NCBI GenBank assembly: GCA_028534125.1
Contig: CM052816.1
Span: forward strand, 19,718,001-19,782,000
Reading direction: 5' to 3'
Source: Lama glama
Lineage: Eukaryota
DNA: 64,000 nt
Shown: in pieces, positions 1 through 11,574 of the stretch
How the letters are laid out: every line of letters starts with the position of its first letter
Position numbering within the stretch: position 1 is the stretch's first letter
Position numbers and translations under genes: made by a program
The notes under the pieces: model-generated
Seen by the model: only the letters and a program-made list of their open reading frames with translations
Told to the model about the DNA's origin: nothing
Databases searched by the model: none

Positions 1-141
1 GTAGCTTCACAGACAGACAAAAGCTAAAGTAATTCAGCACCACCAAACCAGCTTTACCACAAATGTTAAAGGAACTTCCCTAGTCATCAAACTACAAGAA
101 AAGAGAACAAAAAGAAGAAAGAGAAAAAAAAGACCTACAAA
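1..141 (+). mobile_element. L1 fragment: end of ORF1 plus inter-ORF spacer (runs off the window's left edge)
   Basis: Translates as SFTDRQKLK*FSTTKPALPQMLKELP*, resembling the L1 ORF1p C-terminus, followed by an A-rich spacer. Confidence 0.7.
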
Positions 142-450
142 AGATTGTTTTGGCAATTCAAGATCTTTTATGATTCCATATAAATTTTGGAATTGTTTGT
201 TCTAGTTCTGTGAAAAATGTTATATGAGTATTTTGACAAAGGTTGCATTGGATCTGTAGATTGCTTTGTGTAGTATGACCATTTTGATAATGTTGATTCT
301 TCCAATCCAAGAGCACAAGATACCTTTCCATTTCTTTGTATCATCTTCAACTTCCTTCATCAGTGTTTTACAGTTTTCAGAGTACAGGTAACCTCCTTGG
401 TTAGGTTTATTTCTAGGTATTTTGTTGTTTTTGATGCAGTGGAAATGTTT
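142..450 (-). mobile_element. L1 ORF2 fragment (post-RT region), degraded
   Basis: Minus-strand translation contains KYLEINLTKEV and frameshifted remnants of the following L1 ORF2 segment. Confidence 0.8.
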
Positions 451-519
451 ATGCCAGTTCTAAAATTCTGATTTTTAAAGTGCAAAAAAAGAAAAAGAAA
501 AAAGCGAATTAAGGGCTGC

Positions 520-1037
520 ATATGGCAAAATATCCTTCTTTTTTGTGGGTGAGTTGTGTTCCATTGCATATAAATGTTACATCTTCATTATCCATTCACC
601 TATTGATGTGCACTTAGGACGCTTCCATGTCTTGCCAATTGTAAATATTGCTTCTATTAATAGCAGGGTGTTATGTATCTTTTTGAATTAATGTTTTTGT
701 TTTTCTTGGGTATAGCCCCAGGAGTGGAATTGCTGGGCTATATGGTGGTTCTGTTTTTGGGTTTTTGAGAAAACTCCGTATTGTTTTCCGTGGTGGCTGC
801 ACCAATTTACATTACCACTAATAGTGTACAGGGGTTCCTTTTTCTCCACATCCTTGCCAACATTTGTTATTTGTGTTCTTTTTGATGATCACTATTCTGA
901 CAGGTGTGAGATGGTGTCTCATTGTGGTTTTGATTTGCATTTCCCTGATATTGGTGATATTGAGCAGCTTATCTTGTTCCTGTTGGCCATCTGCATTTCC
1001 TCTTCTGGAAAAATGTCTGTTCATTCCTTCTGCCCAT
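520..1037 (-). mobile_element. L1 ORF2 C-terminal fragment, degraded
   Basis: ORF track 818..1024 gives MNRHFS...[37 protein letters not shown], a hallmark L1 ORF2 C-terminal sequence. Confidence 0.9.
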
Positions 1038-1649
1038 AATTAAAAAAAAAAGGCACTTCAAAGAGTTACTTTGAGGATTAAATGAAATAATTTATGCAGG
1101 TGCTTAATAGTACCTACCACAAAATAGGAATTTAGTCCAACTGAGTTTAACGATTAAAGATTAAATGTTCTTTCTACTTGTTGCCTTTTGGAATCTTAAC
1201 CAGCACACTTTTACTACTTAAAAGCTAGAATGGTAAGCTTGATTGCATCAGTTAGAAATAATCTATGTAGACATCACTTAAGAACTAGAAATATTTAAAG
1301 AAATTATTAGTCAGTATTCATAATTAAAGGAGAGATGTAGTACCCCAGCTCAAGTAAATATGGAAGGCAGTCTTCTCCTTAAGATCAGAATTGTTGGTCA
1401 ACAGGTGATCAAAAGATAGAACTTTAAGTAATTTACTTCTTAAACTTGAATGTGGGTAAAGAACTAGATGTTATTTTGACAGGAACTTACTAGAAAATGG
1501 ATGGCCTGAATCTTTAATTGCCTAGTGTCTTAACATTTTCAATTATTGGTTGTGTAAATATATTTTTGAGCTGCTACAGTGTTCCTCATGTAATTTCGTG
1601 AGTGTTAGACAATTAAACACATGAAAAATTAAGTTCAGTACTACTGCAT

Positions 1650-2380
1650 ACTTGTTAAAATGCCCAAAGTCCAGACACTGACAACACTAAATGCTGGTGA
1701 GGATGTGAAACAACAGGAACACTCATTCATTGCTAGTGGGAATGCAAAATGGTACAGCCACTTTGGAAGACAGTTTGTTGATTTCTTATAAAATTAAACA
1801 TACTCTTACATTCAGTCCAGCAATCATGCTCCTTGGTATTTACCCAAAGGAGTTGAAAACTTATGTCTACCCAAAAATCTGCACACAGATGTTTATAGCA
1901 GCTTTATTAATAATTGCCAAAATTTGGAAGCAGCCAAGATGTCTTTTGTTGGGTGAGTGGATAAATAAACAATGGTATATCCAGACAATGGAGTATTATT
2001 CAGCACTAAAAAGAAATGAAAAGACATGGAGAAACCTTAAATGCATATTACTGAGTGAAAGAAACCAATCTGAAAAAGATACATACTGTGTGATTCCAGC
2101 TGCATGACATTCTCAAAAAGGCAAAAATATGGAGACAATAAAAATAAGATCAGTGGTTGCTGGGGAGTGGGTGGCGTGGGATATACTGGCAGAGTAGAGA
2201 GGGCTTTTTAATTTTTAGGGCAGTGAAAATACTCTGTATAATGAATATATATCATTAAACTTTTGTTGCCTTTTGGGGGTGGGGGTACATATGTGTGGGC
2301 ATAGAGGTATATGGGAATCTCTGTACCTTTGTTTCAATTTTGTTGTAAACCTAAAACTGCTCTTTAAAAAGTCTTTAAAA
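1650..2380 (+). mobile_element. Ancient L1 3' end (L1MC-like)
   Basis: ORF 1730..2107 resembles the L1 ORF2 tail (PAIMLLGIYPKELKTYV..CTQMFIAALLIIAKIWKQPRC). It ends in gtaaacctaaaactgctct...aaaagtc, typical of L1MC 3' ends. Confidence 0.8.
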
Positions 2381-3142
2381 TATATGTATATCGCTCAATG
2401 TGGAATTTCGCAGTAAATACCAATCTACTATAAATTGGCCAGTACTGTCTTTATCTAATTATCACTTTATCTGTCAGTGCTTGGTTGATACATCCAAAAT
2501 TATGTACTTGGATTTTTTTGTTGTTGCTTAGTTTTATGCAAGCCTGTGAATAGTTTGACCTTATTCTTAGGGAAATTTGACAGTGAACTAAACTTTTTTA
2601 CTGAAAAAAACTCACTGTAATTTTTATTGTCAAAAATAATTAATTTTCATCTATGAAAAATGCCTTTAATTTTTCTTTTGGTCTAGCTCCATAAATACAT
2701 GATGTCAAGTATTTTATGAGTGTTTCTCTAGCAGAGGACACAGATATTTGTCAAAGAAGGAATAAATTAAAATAGAATTAAAGAGGACTTAAGATAAATT
2801 GTCAAGGGAATCGGCATTTTGGCATTGCAGATAACTTTAGGTAACACACATTTATTGATTGGGGCAAAGTTTAGTTTTATAGAGATTTAATTTCCCAAAT
2901 CATAACAGATTTAAAGTAGCTCTTCAAAACTAAAAATAGGTTAGAAATCCAAGAATTTTCAGGCCAATTTATAAAATCTTAAAAATTCAAAAGGTTAATA
3001 AGTGTTTCTTTATCAAAAATCTGGTAATTAGGAAAGGTATCTAATTAATTGTGAATATCATATTATACTTTTATTTAAAGTCATTTTTTCATATAATCTG
3101 TGTCAGATGTCATTTTGACTAACCATAGCTCTTACTCTGCAG

Positions 3143-3262
3143 GATTATATAAGAAAACTGGTAAATTGGTATTTCTTGGATTGGATAATGCAGGAAAAAC
3201 AACATTACTACACATGTTAAAAGATGACAGACTTGGACAGCATGTCCCGACGCTACATCCCA
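3143..3262 (+). CDS. SAR1B: SAR1B coding exon (second coding exon, 120 bp): [41 protein letters not shown]-loop
   Basis: ag at 3141-3142 and gtaagt at 3263. Contains the GLDNAGKT G1 motif. KKTGK is SAR1B-type (SAR1A has KKSGK). Confidence 0.98.
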
Positions 3263-4464
3263 GTAAGTCTGTTCTCCCATGCAGTGTATTACTTGATCAG
3301 GTGATATCGATTCATAGGCTCTAACCAAAAGGTTTTGTTTGTTTTTTTGGTGGATAAATTATGGTTAGGTCATTTGACCTCTTCTCAAAATACTATAGTA
3401 AATAATAGGTGACCCAACTCCCAGGGAGTATATTTAGATCTTGATATAATACTCATATTTTGTTATCAGTTAATAAACCCTTGTCCAGTTAGAGGAATTA
3501 AAAAATTATTATCTCAGGAATTATGATATGATTGGGGTCTATTCAACCACATAATGCTTGGGTTATAAATAGTCTATTACCATTACCTTGTTACATAATT
3601 TAAATATCTTTCACATTTTAGACCTGTACTATTTTAATCACTATTCAGTGACAGACCATAGTCTTATACTTTGCTGGTAGCTCTCAACTTATTAACTAGT
3701 TATTTTTCTAGTCTTTACAACCTCAACTATATCTAATATAAAGGCCATAGAATTATCCCCCCAAAACAGGGCATGTATTGATACACTAATAGAAAATTTT
3801 AAAACAATTTAAAACATTTACTCTGCTTTCTTTTAAAAAGACTACCTGAAAGACATTAATAATGACTCTATAAATCACTAAGTATGTATCCTCCTGTATA
3901 TAAGATGATGTAATAGGTACTGTTTGAGAAAGTAAAGTGACAAAATTATTAGAAACAGAGGCCTAACTTTAAAATACCCGCGACCTTAACTTTTACTGTT
4001 GAAAAGACTATGAATCAAGTAGACACAGTTTAAAGACAAGTTAATCCACAGATTAATTATGAAATAATGAGTATTTGCCTTAATATTTTAAATGAGTATA
4101 AAATTGAGAACTGGACTAAAAAGTGGATAATATGATAGTTATTTAGCTCAGTAAGTATACAAAGAACAAGGCAGGAGAACTGAACAATACAGATTACCAC
4201 TTGATCTATAAAACAGTGAGTGAAAAAGTTGGCAAAGGAAGATTTCAAAAATTTGATAAAATTTTTTTTATATTAGGAGAAGAAAGTGGGGCTTGACAAG
4301 TAAGATTCTGATATAAGAACAATACTGTTACAGAAAAAAAGTGATCATGGTGAAATTGAGTATGTAAAATTGTCTACAAAAACAGCAGAATTGGAAGAGA
4401 CTACACAGTGGTCTTATATTAGGTGTAAGTCATTTAAGAATGTTTTTGATGTTGCCCTTCTTTA

Positions 4465-4550
4465 TTTATTCAACAAATATTTATTGAGCATCTGCTTTAT
4501 GTCAGACATTGTTCTAAGTACGAGGCACTAGGAGTAAAAGCAGTGGCATA
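4465..4550 (-). mobile_element. L2 3' end fragment
   Basis: ttattcaacaaatatttattgagcatctgctttatgtcagacattgttcta is the reverse complement of the L2 terminal motif. Confidence 0.65.
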
Positions 4551-4629
4551 AAACATGCTGTTTTATGCTGTTCACATTCACTTCAGCTTATATTTTTCAA
4601 CTAATTAAAAGCATATGTGAGGATGGTAA

Positions 4630-5060
4630 CACATATCTACCCTATGATCTGTCAATTCCACTACAGGCATTTCTCTAGGATAAATGCAGACATATGTTCA
4701 CCAAAATCCTTGTAGAAGAATGTTTGTATCAGCTTTATTTGTAATAGCCCCAAACTGGAAACAGCTCAGATGTCCATCAAAAAAAGAATGGATAAACAAT
4801 GAGATTCTGCTCAACCAGAAAGAGGAATAAACTATTGATACATACAGTGCCTATTATATGGAAGAGGCTGGTCACAAAAAATTACATATTGTATGAAACC
4901 ATTTATATGAAATTCTAAAGCAGGCAAGACAAACCTGTGGTGATAAAACTCAGATCTGTGCTTGCTTCTGGGAGTGGAGGTGTGAACTGACTGGGAAGGG
5001 CAAGAGGGATCTTGCTGGGATGTTAACAGTGTTTTGTATGTTAGTGTATCTTAATCAGTC
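4630..5060 (+). mobile_element. Ancient L1 3' end (L1MD/ME-like)
   Basis: Contains ctttatttgtaatagccccaaactggaaacagctcagatgtccatcaa...gaatggataaac and ccatttatatgaaattcta. Confidence 0.7.
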
Positions 5061-5309
5061 AAGTTGGGACTTCTTTTATAAAGCAGAGAGTATACTGGGG
5101 ATTATAATCATAGGGATAGTTTACCAACCACATCCAAGCATTATCCTTATGGAAAGGATAATGCTTTGAACACAAATTGTACTAATTATTCATCAGTTGG
5201 CAGTCTACATGCAGAATTTTTTAACAGGATAAACTACTCTGAGGCCTCACCAGTTATACAAAATAGTTAACAGGTACACTGAACCTTTCATTGTAATTGT
5301 AGGGGGCTT

Positions 5310-6530
5310 CTGCCTTTAGCCATTGGGAAGTAACAGAGTCTGAAATTACCCTCTCACTGTAAGTGACTAGAAAACTGGACAAAAATATATACTAAAACTG
5401 TTTTCAGATATTTGGCAATAGCTAGCACAGGCTCTGATTCCTGAGAGAAGAAAGACAAACTCTTCAAGTTTTATCACAAGACAATTTTCAGACCGTGATG
5501 TAGGGAGAGGAAACCCAAACATAACCCAGTAGTTTTTCTGAGTTGAGGAAATAGAGACCAGAATTTGCGGAGGCTGAGGTGACTGGAATTCTCTGGGCAG
5601 ATTACCACAGGGGAAGGAGCTCTGCAGGGACAGAACTCCAGAAATTTTCATGGCTGAAAACCAATCTGCATATGCAGGGTAAAACTACGCATGGCCAGTC
5701 AAAGAACAATTTCTGGGGAAAGAAAAGTTACAGCGGAGCGGTTACTCAGATAGTTCCCAGGGCTCACATGGGGCCCGGAGTTCATGTTCCGATCAGTCAG
5801 AAAGGACAGATCAAGCTGAATACACAGGGCATTCAACAGAGACTCCAAAAGGATCGTATCTTAGTTATGGGGCTAACATGGCTCCGAAGTAAAGACTACT
5901 TTACATCTACCCTAACAAAACTTAAAAACTGATTCGCAAGCAATTTAATTGCCTGCCAGAACAAAGTCCAACTTTCTTCAAAAGGATACAGTGAAATCCA
6001 GCATCCAATTGAAAATTACCGCACAAGAAAAGCAGCAGCAAAGTGTGAGAACGCCATAACCAGGAGAAAAATCAATTAGTAGAAACAGATTGTAACAAAG
6101 ATGATGGCAGAAATCACAAAGATGATGGAATTAGCAGATAAGGACACTGAAACAGCTGTTATGAATATGCTCAAGGTTTTAAGGGAAACATGAACATAAT
6201 GAGGAGAGAAATGGAAGGGGTAAGACAGAACCAAATGGAACTTACAGAAATGAAAAATAAAACATCTGCAATGAAATTTCCCTGGATAGCATTAACAGCA
6301 AGTTAGACAGTGCCAGTACTGCAGAAGGAAAGATCAGTGAACTTACATCAACTCAACAGAAACTAAAAGAAGCACAGAGAGAAAAATGACCAAAAAAAGA
6401 AAAAATGAACAGAGCCTGAGTAACTTGTGGGACAATAATAAGCAGTCTAGCAAATCTATCATTGAAGTCCCAGAAGGGGAAGGAAGGGAGCAGAAAAAAA
6501 ATACTTGAAGAAATAATGGCCAAAATTGGT
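5310..6530 (+). mobile_element. Ancient L1M 5' region with ORF1 remnant
   Basis: Starts with aaaactggacaaaaatatat...actgttttcaga and ends in ORF1-like ...gtcccagaagggga...aaaatacttgaagaaataatggccaaaa (VPEGE...LEEIMA). Confidence 0.7.
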
Positions 6531-6942
6531 ATTACACTTGTGTTTGTCATTAAAGACTGTCACCTGAGAAATATGACAGCCATGAGAGAAAATTGTTATT
6601 TCGTCTTTATCATTTAAGATGAATTGTAGGAAAAATTACTAGGTTTGGCCAGTCACTTGAATTCACAGCAAATGATTGTCAATTTCAGCAGGATTACTAG
6701 AGAAGGAAAGATAAGTGTGGGATTTGTGGTGGGTAGTGAATATAAGAATTGAGTATTACCATTTACTTATATTATATTTTCAATATGAAATGGGATATAG
6801 TAGTTAGAACAAAGAATTCTTTTTTTATTTGAATTGTTTGACCTTATTTACAGTTAAAGTAAGTCAAATATTAAGTGGCAGTATATACCAGAAAAGGATT
6901 TCTGATTCTCGTGTTGTTAAAATATTTTGCATCATTATTTAG

Positions 6943-7008
6943 CTTCAGAAGAACTAACCATTGCTGGCATGACCTTTACAACTTTTGATCTGGGTGGGCA
7001 TGTTCAAG
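6943..7008 (+). CDS. SAR1B: SAR1B coding exon (66 bp): [22 protein letters not shown], switch I/II with DxxG
   Basis: ttag|cttcagaa...gttcaag|gtaaga; phase 1 matches the previous exon. Not in the ORF track; read directly from the sequence. Confidence 0.98.
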
Positions 7009-8471
7009 GTAAGATTCTATTACTCTTATAGAGTTGCTTTGTTTTATATTACTTAATAAAAATGTGACCATTATGTTCCAGTACATGAAATCTCATTCTT
7101 TTCAAGGAAAGTCAGGGTATTCTTAAAATTTAGGAATTTATTACCCACAGATAAATGCTTTAAATACAAAGAATGATTGTCATGATACTCCAGTTTGTCT
7201 GAATTGCTTTTGGTGGTAAAGCATATGAGTAAAATTTAGCCTCCATTCCTTCTCTCCAATTCGTGTCTCGCTTGCTATCATAATCCTGTTATGAATATGT
7301 TATTGCTCCATATGAAAAATTGCAGTGGTGAACTCATACGTACAAAATAAAAACCAAATTTACTGACCAGGCATTCATGATCTCTATGCTCTGATCCCAG
7401 TTTGTTTTTCTAGCTTTTATTTCCCACTATTCCTTTTCGCATTGTCTTTATTCCAACCAAACTAAACCTCTTGGTGTTCTTCTACCTCTGTGCTCATGCC
7501 ATCCCCATCTGCACTTAAGTAACCCACCTTCAGGGCCCAGTGTAAGAGGGGCTGCCTCCCCTGAGAAGCCACTCCCAGGTTGGGAGTGCTCTCAGCTATA
7601 CTAACATAGCACTTAGTGCATTTGTATACATGTCTACAGGTTTGGAAAGATTGTCTTCTTTCCTCTAGTAAACTTCTGGGACTGAAATCCTAGCCATATT
7701 TTTAATGGCAATACCCAGCACATAGCAATCATAAGTAATGAATATTACAAAGCTTGCTGTGGCTAGTGAAAGCACATTTGAGATATACATCAATTGTTTG
7801 AAATATACATAAAGTACTTAGTGGAATATAATGATTAGAATTAGAACCTAATGGAGTTTGTTAGAGACTTCATTTCTATTATTATTATTTTAAGATATAT
7901 TATAAAATTAAAGTCAGAGAAAAAAGTTACTTTCCCCTAGGGTGTGCCTGAAATTATTTTCTTTTCTTAGAATGTCATGGAAAAAATTACTCTAATGGTT
8001 TCATAAACCTTAATTTCTGTTATGAGTAGAACAATTTGCTTTATTATTTTAACTTAACAATTCTGTACCTGATACTAATTTCCTTCTGTCACTGACTCCA
8101 AATTTATCACTGGCAAAAAACTGATAAACTAGGAATGTCAAAAACTGAATACTGCATATAAAAAATAGTAGCAGTTCTCCAGTGAACTTAATGTGCATCC
8201 TTGTCCATTGGTAGCAAATGTTAATTCTAACATGAGTAAACTGGGCAGAGTAAAGTATTTGACTTGCCTGTAATCGAGGGAAACTTGAACTTTCTTCTTT
8301 GGTCATCTGGAAAGATTTTTGGCAATACTGGGTAAAAAATTAACTTGAATATATAGCAAAATAGCAGCAGCTAAGGGATAATTACACTTGGTATCTTGTT
8401 GGACTCTTCCATCAAACCATCTCCTAGGTTTGACCAGCAAATAAAATCTAACTCCTGATTGTTTTTGTTAG

Positions 8472-8575
8472 CTCGAAGAGTGTGGAAAAACTACCTTCCT
8501 GCTATCAATGGCATTGTATTTCTGGTGGATTGTGCAGACCATGAAAGGCTGTTAGAATCAAAAGAAGAACTTGAT
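8472..8575 (+). CDS. SAR1B: SAR1B coding exon (104 bp): [35 protein letters not shown]
   Basis: ttag|ctcgaaga...cttgat|gtaagt; in frame with its neighbours. Confidence 0.98.
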
Positions 8576-9199
8576 GTAAGTTAAATAAGTTAAATAAAAA
8601 CTAAACACAGTGGAATCACTCTGGTAAGCCTGAGGAAATAGGTTGGAGATGTACGTATCAGAGTGTGGCTCTTCTGCAGCTCTGATGTAACTCCCAACAG
8701 TTTGTAGAGCTCAGTGATTACCCTGCTTAGAATGCAGAAGGAGTAACTTGGAGTAATTGTAGCTGTTGAGGAAGTACTGACACAGACTTCCTTCCTGAAG
8801 GCTTGAGCTCACTCTGTGCAGAGTGTGCCTTTATAGTATATTTCACATGTCCCACATTCATACAGTGGCTTGATCTTAAGCCCCTGGTCATCCTGGGATG
8901 CTGGTTTCTTCAAGAGTTGGCCAGAATCTGGAAATGGTATAACATGCTATCTTTGTCACCACTCTCAGGAGTGACCAGGGCCACGTGCTGCCACGTCCTC
9001 TCCCCTCTCTTAGTTCAGATGCTTCAAAAAGGGGCTTGGGAACAGCAGGCAAGGCCAGTGTTAAATCTGAGAAAGCAGGTCTGTGACTTGACTGAAGGTT
9101 GATCTGACCATACCTCTGCCCAGTGCAGGCAAACAAATACTTATTCATGTGGAAAAGTCCAGGTAGGTTCTGTGGTTGTGGAACAGGGTCAGGGAATTC

Positions 9200-9410
9200 C
9201 TGAGTTCCTACTTTGTGCAAGGTACTGTGCATATTACCTCCTTTAATTCTCAAATCAACTCCATAAGGTAGGTGCTACTAATGCAGATTCTCTTTGAACT
9301 TCAGTAAGGATTATTGGTCTAACATCTCACAACTTGGAGGCAATAGAATTAGAAATGAAACCAGGTGTGCATGCCTTCAGAGTGTTGGGTCCAGTCACTG
9401 TACCTCACTG
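9200..9410 (-). mobile_element. MIR SINE relic
   Basis: ctactttgtgcaaggtactgtgc...tttaattctcaaatcaactccataaggtaggtgctacta matches the reverse complement of the MIR core. Confidence 0.65.
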
Positions 9411-9638
9411 ATCACAGAGTGAGCAGAGTGAGCATTTATGGAAGGAGACTTAGGGCGGCAGAAGAATTGAACTACAGGTTCATTGAGCTCACTTTCAAAT
9501 GCTGGGACAGTCTGCCGAAGAAAGTTGGCCAAACAGATATGAGATGATAGAGAGTCCTTGATACCCATTTGGTATCTTGTCAAAATGAGCCCTTTAGATG
9601 GTTTCATATCAGTATCTTGTCTTTTTTTTTTTTTTCAG

Positions 9639-9770
9639 TCCCTAATGACAGATGAAACTATTGCTAATGTGCCTATACTGATTCTTGGGAATAAGATCGA
9701 CAGACCTGAAGCCATCAGTGAAGAGAGATTAAGAGAGATGTTTGGTTTATATGGTCAGACAACAGGAAAG
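9639..9770 (+). CDS. SAR1B: SAR1B coding exon (132 bp): [44 protein letters not shown], NKxD motif
   Basis: Poly-T tract then cag|tcccta...ggaaag|gtaaaa; contains the G4 motif NKID. Confidence 0.98.
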
Positions 9771-10452
9771 GTAAAAAGAATACACATATATATATATTTT
9801 TTTGACAAGTGTGAGTATTTCATTCAGTACTACAAATGTCTTTTTATTTTCGTTGCTTATTTCTAATCTTCTGAAATAGTTTGCTCTAGCACTACCCCTA
9901 ACAGCATTCATGCTTATCAGTTCAGTTGGTATAGTCTGGCTTCATTTTAACTTTTTTCTTAAAAACTGTCATTTATACGTTTGGGTCTTTTTTTAATGTC
10001 CTCATTTATTTTCTTTCTACCACTGAATGAAATCTTTATCTTGGTGTTATCAAAAATGTCAGATCTCATGATTACAGGAAACTAAATGAAAGCTTTCAGG
10101 TTTTATTTATCGTAATTTTTCAGAACTACCACCAAATAATACACTTGAATGTTTAAGCACACCAGTAGTGTATTTAGGCACCCAGTTCAGCGTTTAGGCT
10201 CTCAGTTCACCAGAGATAAATATAAATTGTAAACTTGGCCACAGAAGTGTTCTGGGGTTTTCTGAACATATACTTTATAATAAGCTTAAATAAATTATTT
10301 TTGCATTCATTTTCATTGGAATTTGTTTGGGGGAAGGACCTTAGTATTGAAAAATCCCAGAGTTTACTCTTTCAGAGTAGAAAAATATTGCAGCCTATGG
10401 AAGGAGGCTCATGTGTTAGATAAAGTAGACTTTGGTCTATTCTCTTTTTCTT

Positions 10453-10606
10453 TTTTAATTTTTATCTATCTATCTATTTGTTTATTTATTTAGATGGGGG
10501 AGGTAATTAGGTTTACTTATTTATTTTTAGAGGAGGTACTGGGGATTGAACAAAGGACCTTATGTATGCTAAAGATGCACTCTACCATAAGAGCTACACC
10601 CTCCCC
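10453..10606 (-). mobile_element. tRNA-derived SINE, camelid (vic-1-like) type, with ~11 bp target-site duplication
   Basis: Minus strand reads GGGGAGGGTGTAGCTCTTATGGTAGAGTGCATCTTTAGCATACATAAGGTCCTTTGTTCAATCCCCAGTACCTCC plus an A-rich tail. ctctttttctt flanks it at 10442-10452 and 10609-10619. Confidence 0.85.
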
Positions 10607-10961
10607 TCCTCTTTTTCTTCTTTTTAATAAGTTGACTCTACATTAATTTTAAGGAATGCCTTGTTTAGTCATAAACCTACTCAGAGAATGTTTGTCTTTA
10701 ATATTGGTGAAGCCAGTTGGGTAACTTGAATTTTTTCTAAGTCACAGATTATTTTCATTCTTGTGTGCCTCACAAGCTCACCCCTGTCCCACCGAGGGGA
10801 CATCCTGTCTTACAGTAGAGAGGAGGAAGCTTCCTGCATGTTTAGGGGACGTGGATGTCCAACAGCCCAGCCACAGCTTTATCATAGTCACCCTTTGTTC
10901 TGAGGTGTACGAGCTGCAGTTCTACTGGGTCATCCAACATCACATGCATCTTCTCTTCCAG

Positions 10962-11078
10962 GGCAGTGTCTCTCTGAAAGAACTGAATGCCCGGCCCTTG
11001 GAAGTTTTCATGTGCAGTGTGCTCAAAAGACAAGGCTACGGAGAAGGCTTCCGCTGGATGGCACAGTACATTGATTAA
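10962..11078 (+). CDS. SAR1B: SAR1B last coding exon (117 bp incl. TAA): [38 protein letters not shown]
   Basis: ttctcttccag|ggcagt; the RWMAQYID C-terminus is SAR1B-type. The five exons total 539 bp; adding a 58-bp upstream exon gives 597 bp = 198 aa. Confidence 0.98.
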   Translation, partial: GSVSLKELNARPLEVFMCSVLKRQGYGEGFRWMAQYID

Positions 11079-11568
11079 CAGCAGTCGGCATCAGTTCCAG
11101 GTCTCACTATTCAGGCCTACTCAGAGATTTGATCACTCAACATGCATAACTTGAATTCAATAGACTTTTGTTGGTTAGAAAACAGATGTTTTTTAGATTA
11201 TTAATATTCTATCAACTTAATTTGAGTGAGAATTGAAAACTGATTCAAGTAAGTTTGAATATCACAATGTTAGCTTTCTAATTCCATGAAAATAGTTTTT
11301 ACAGTTTATAATCTGACATTACCCTCAGCACCATTTATAAAGAGCAACTTTCCAGAGTACATTTGAAGCACTTTTTAACAACATGAAACTACAAATATAA
11401 ACCATATTTAAAAGCTCATGATGTTAAATTTTTTATGTACTTTTTTGGAACTAGTTTTTAAATTTTAGATTATATGTCCACCTATCTTAAGTGAACAGTT
11501 AATAATTAGCTTACTGATTGCATGATGCCTTAAAATTTTCAGTATTTTTTCTTACGCAAACGTCATGC

Positions 11569-11574
11569 AATAAA
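11569..11574 (+). terminator. Proximal poly(A) signal of SAR1B
   Basis: AATAAA followed by tcttgttgggcaaatgtttcattgtaatgtgtct (GU-rich downstream element). Confidence 0.7.

Noticed and set aside
10530..10606. tRNA gene (also 50440-50511)
   Set aside because: A/B boxes are present, but with an A-rich tail, TSD and no intact cloverleaf; these are SINE heads.
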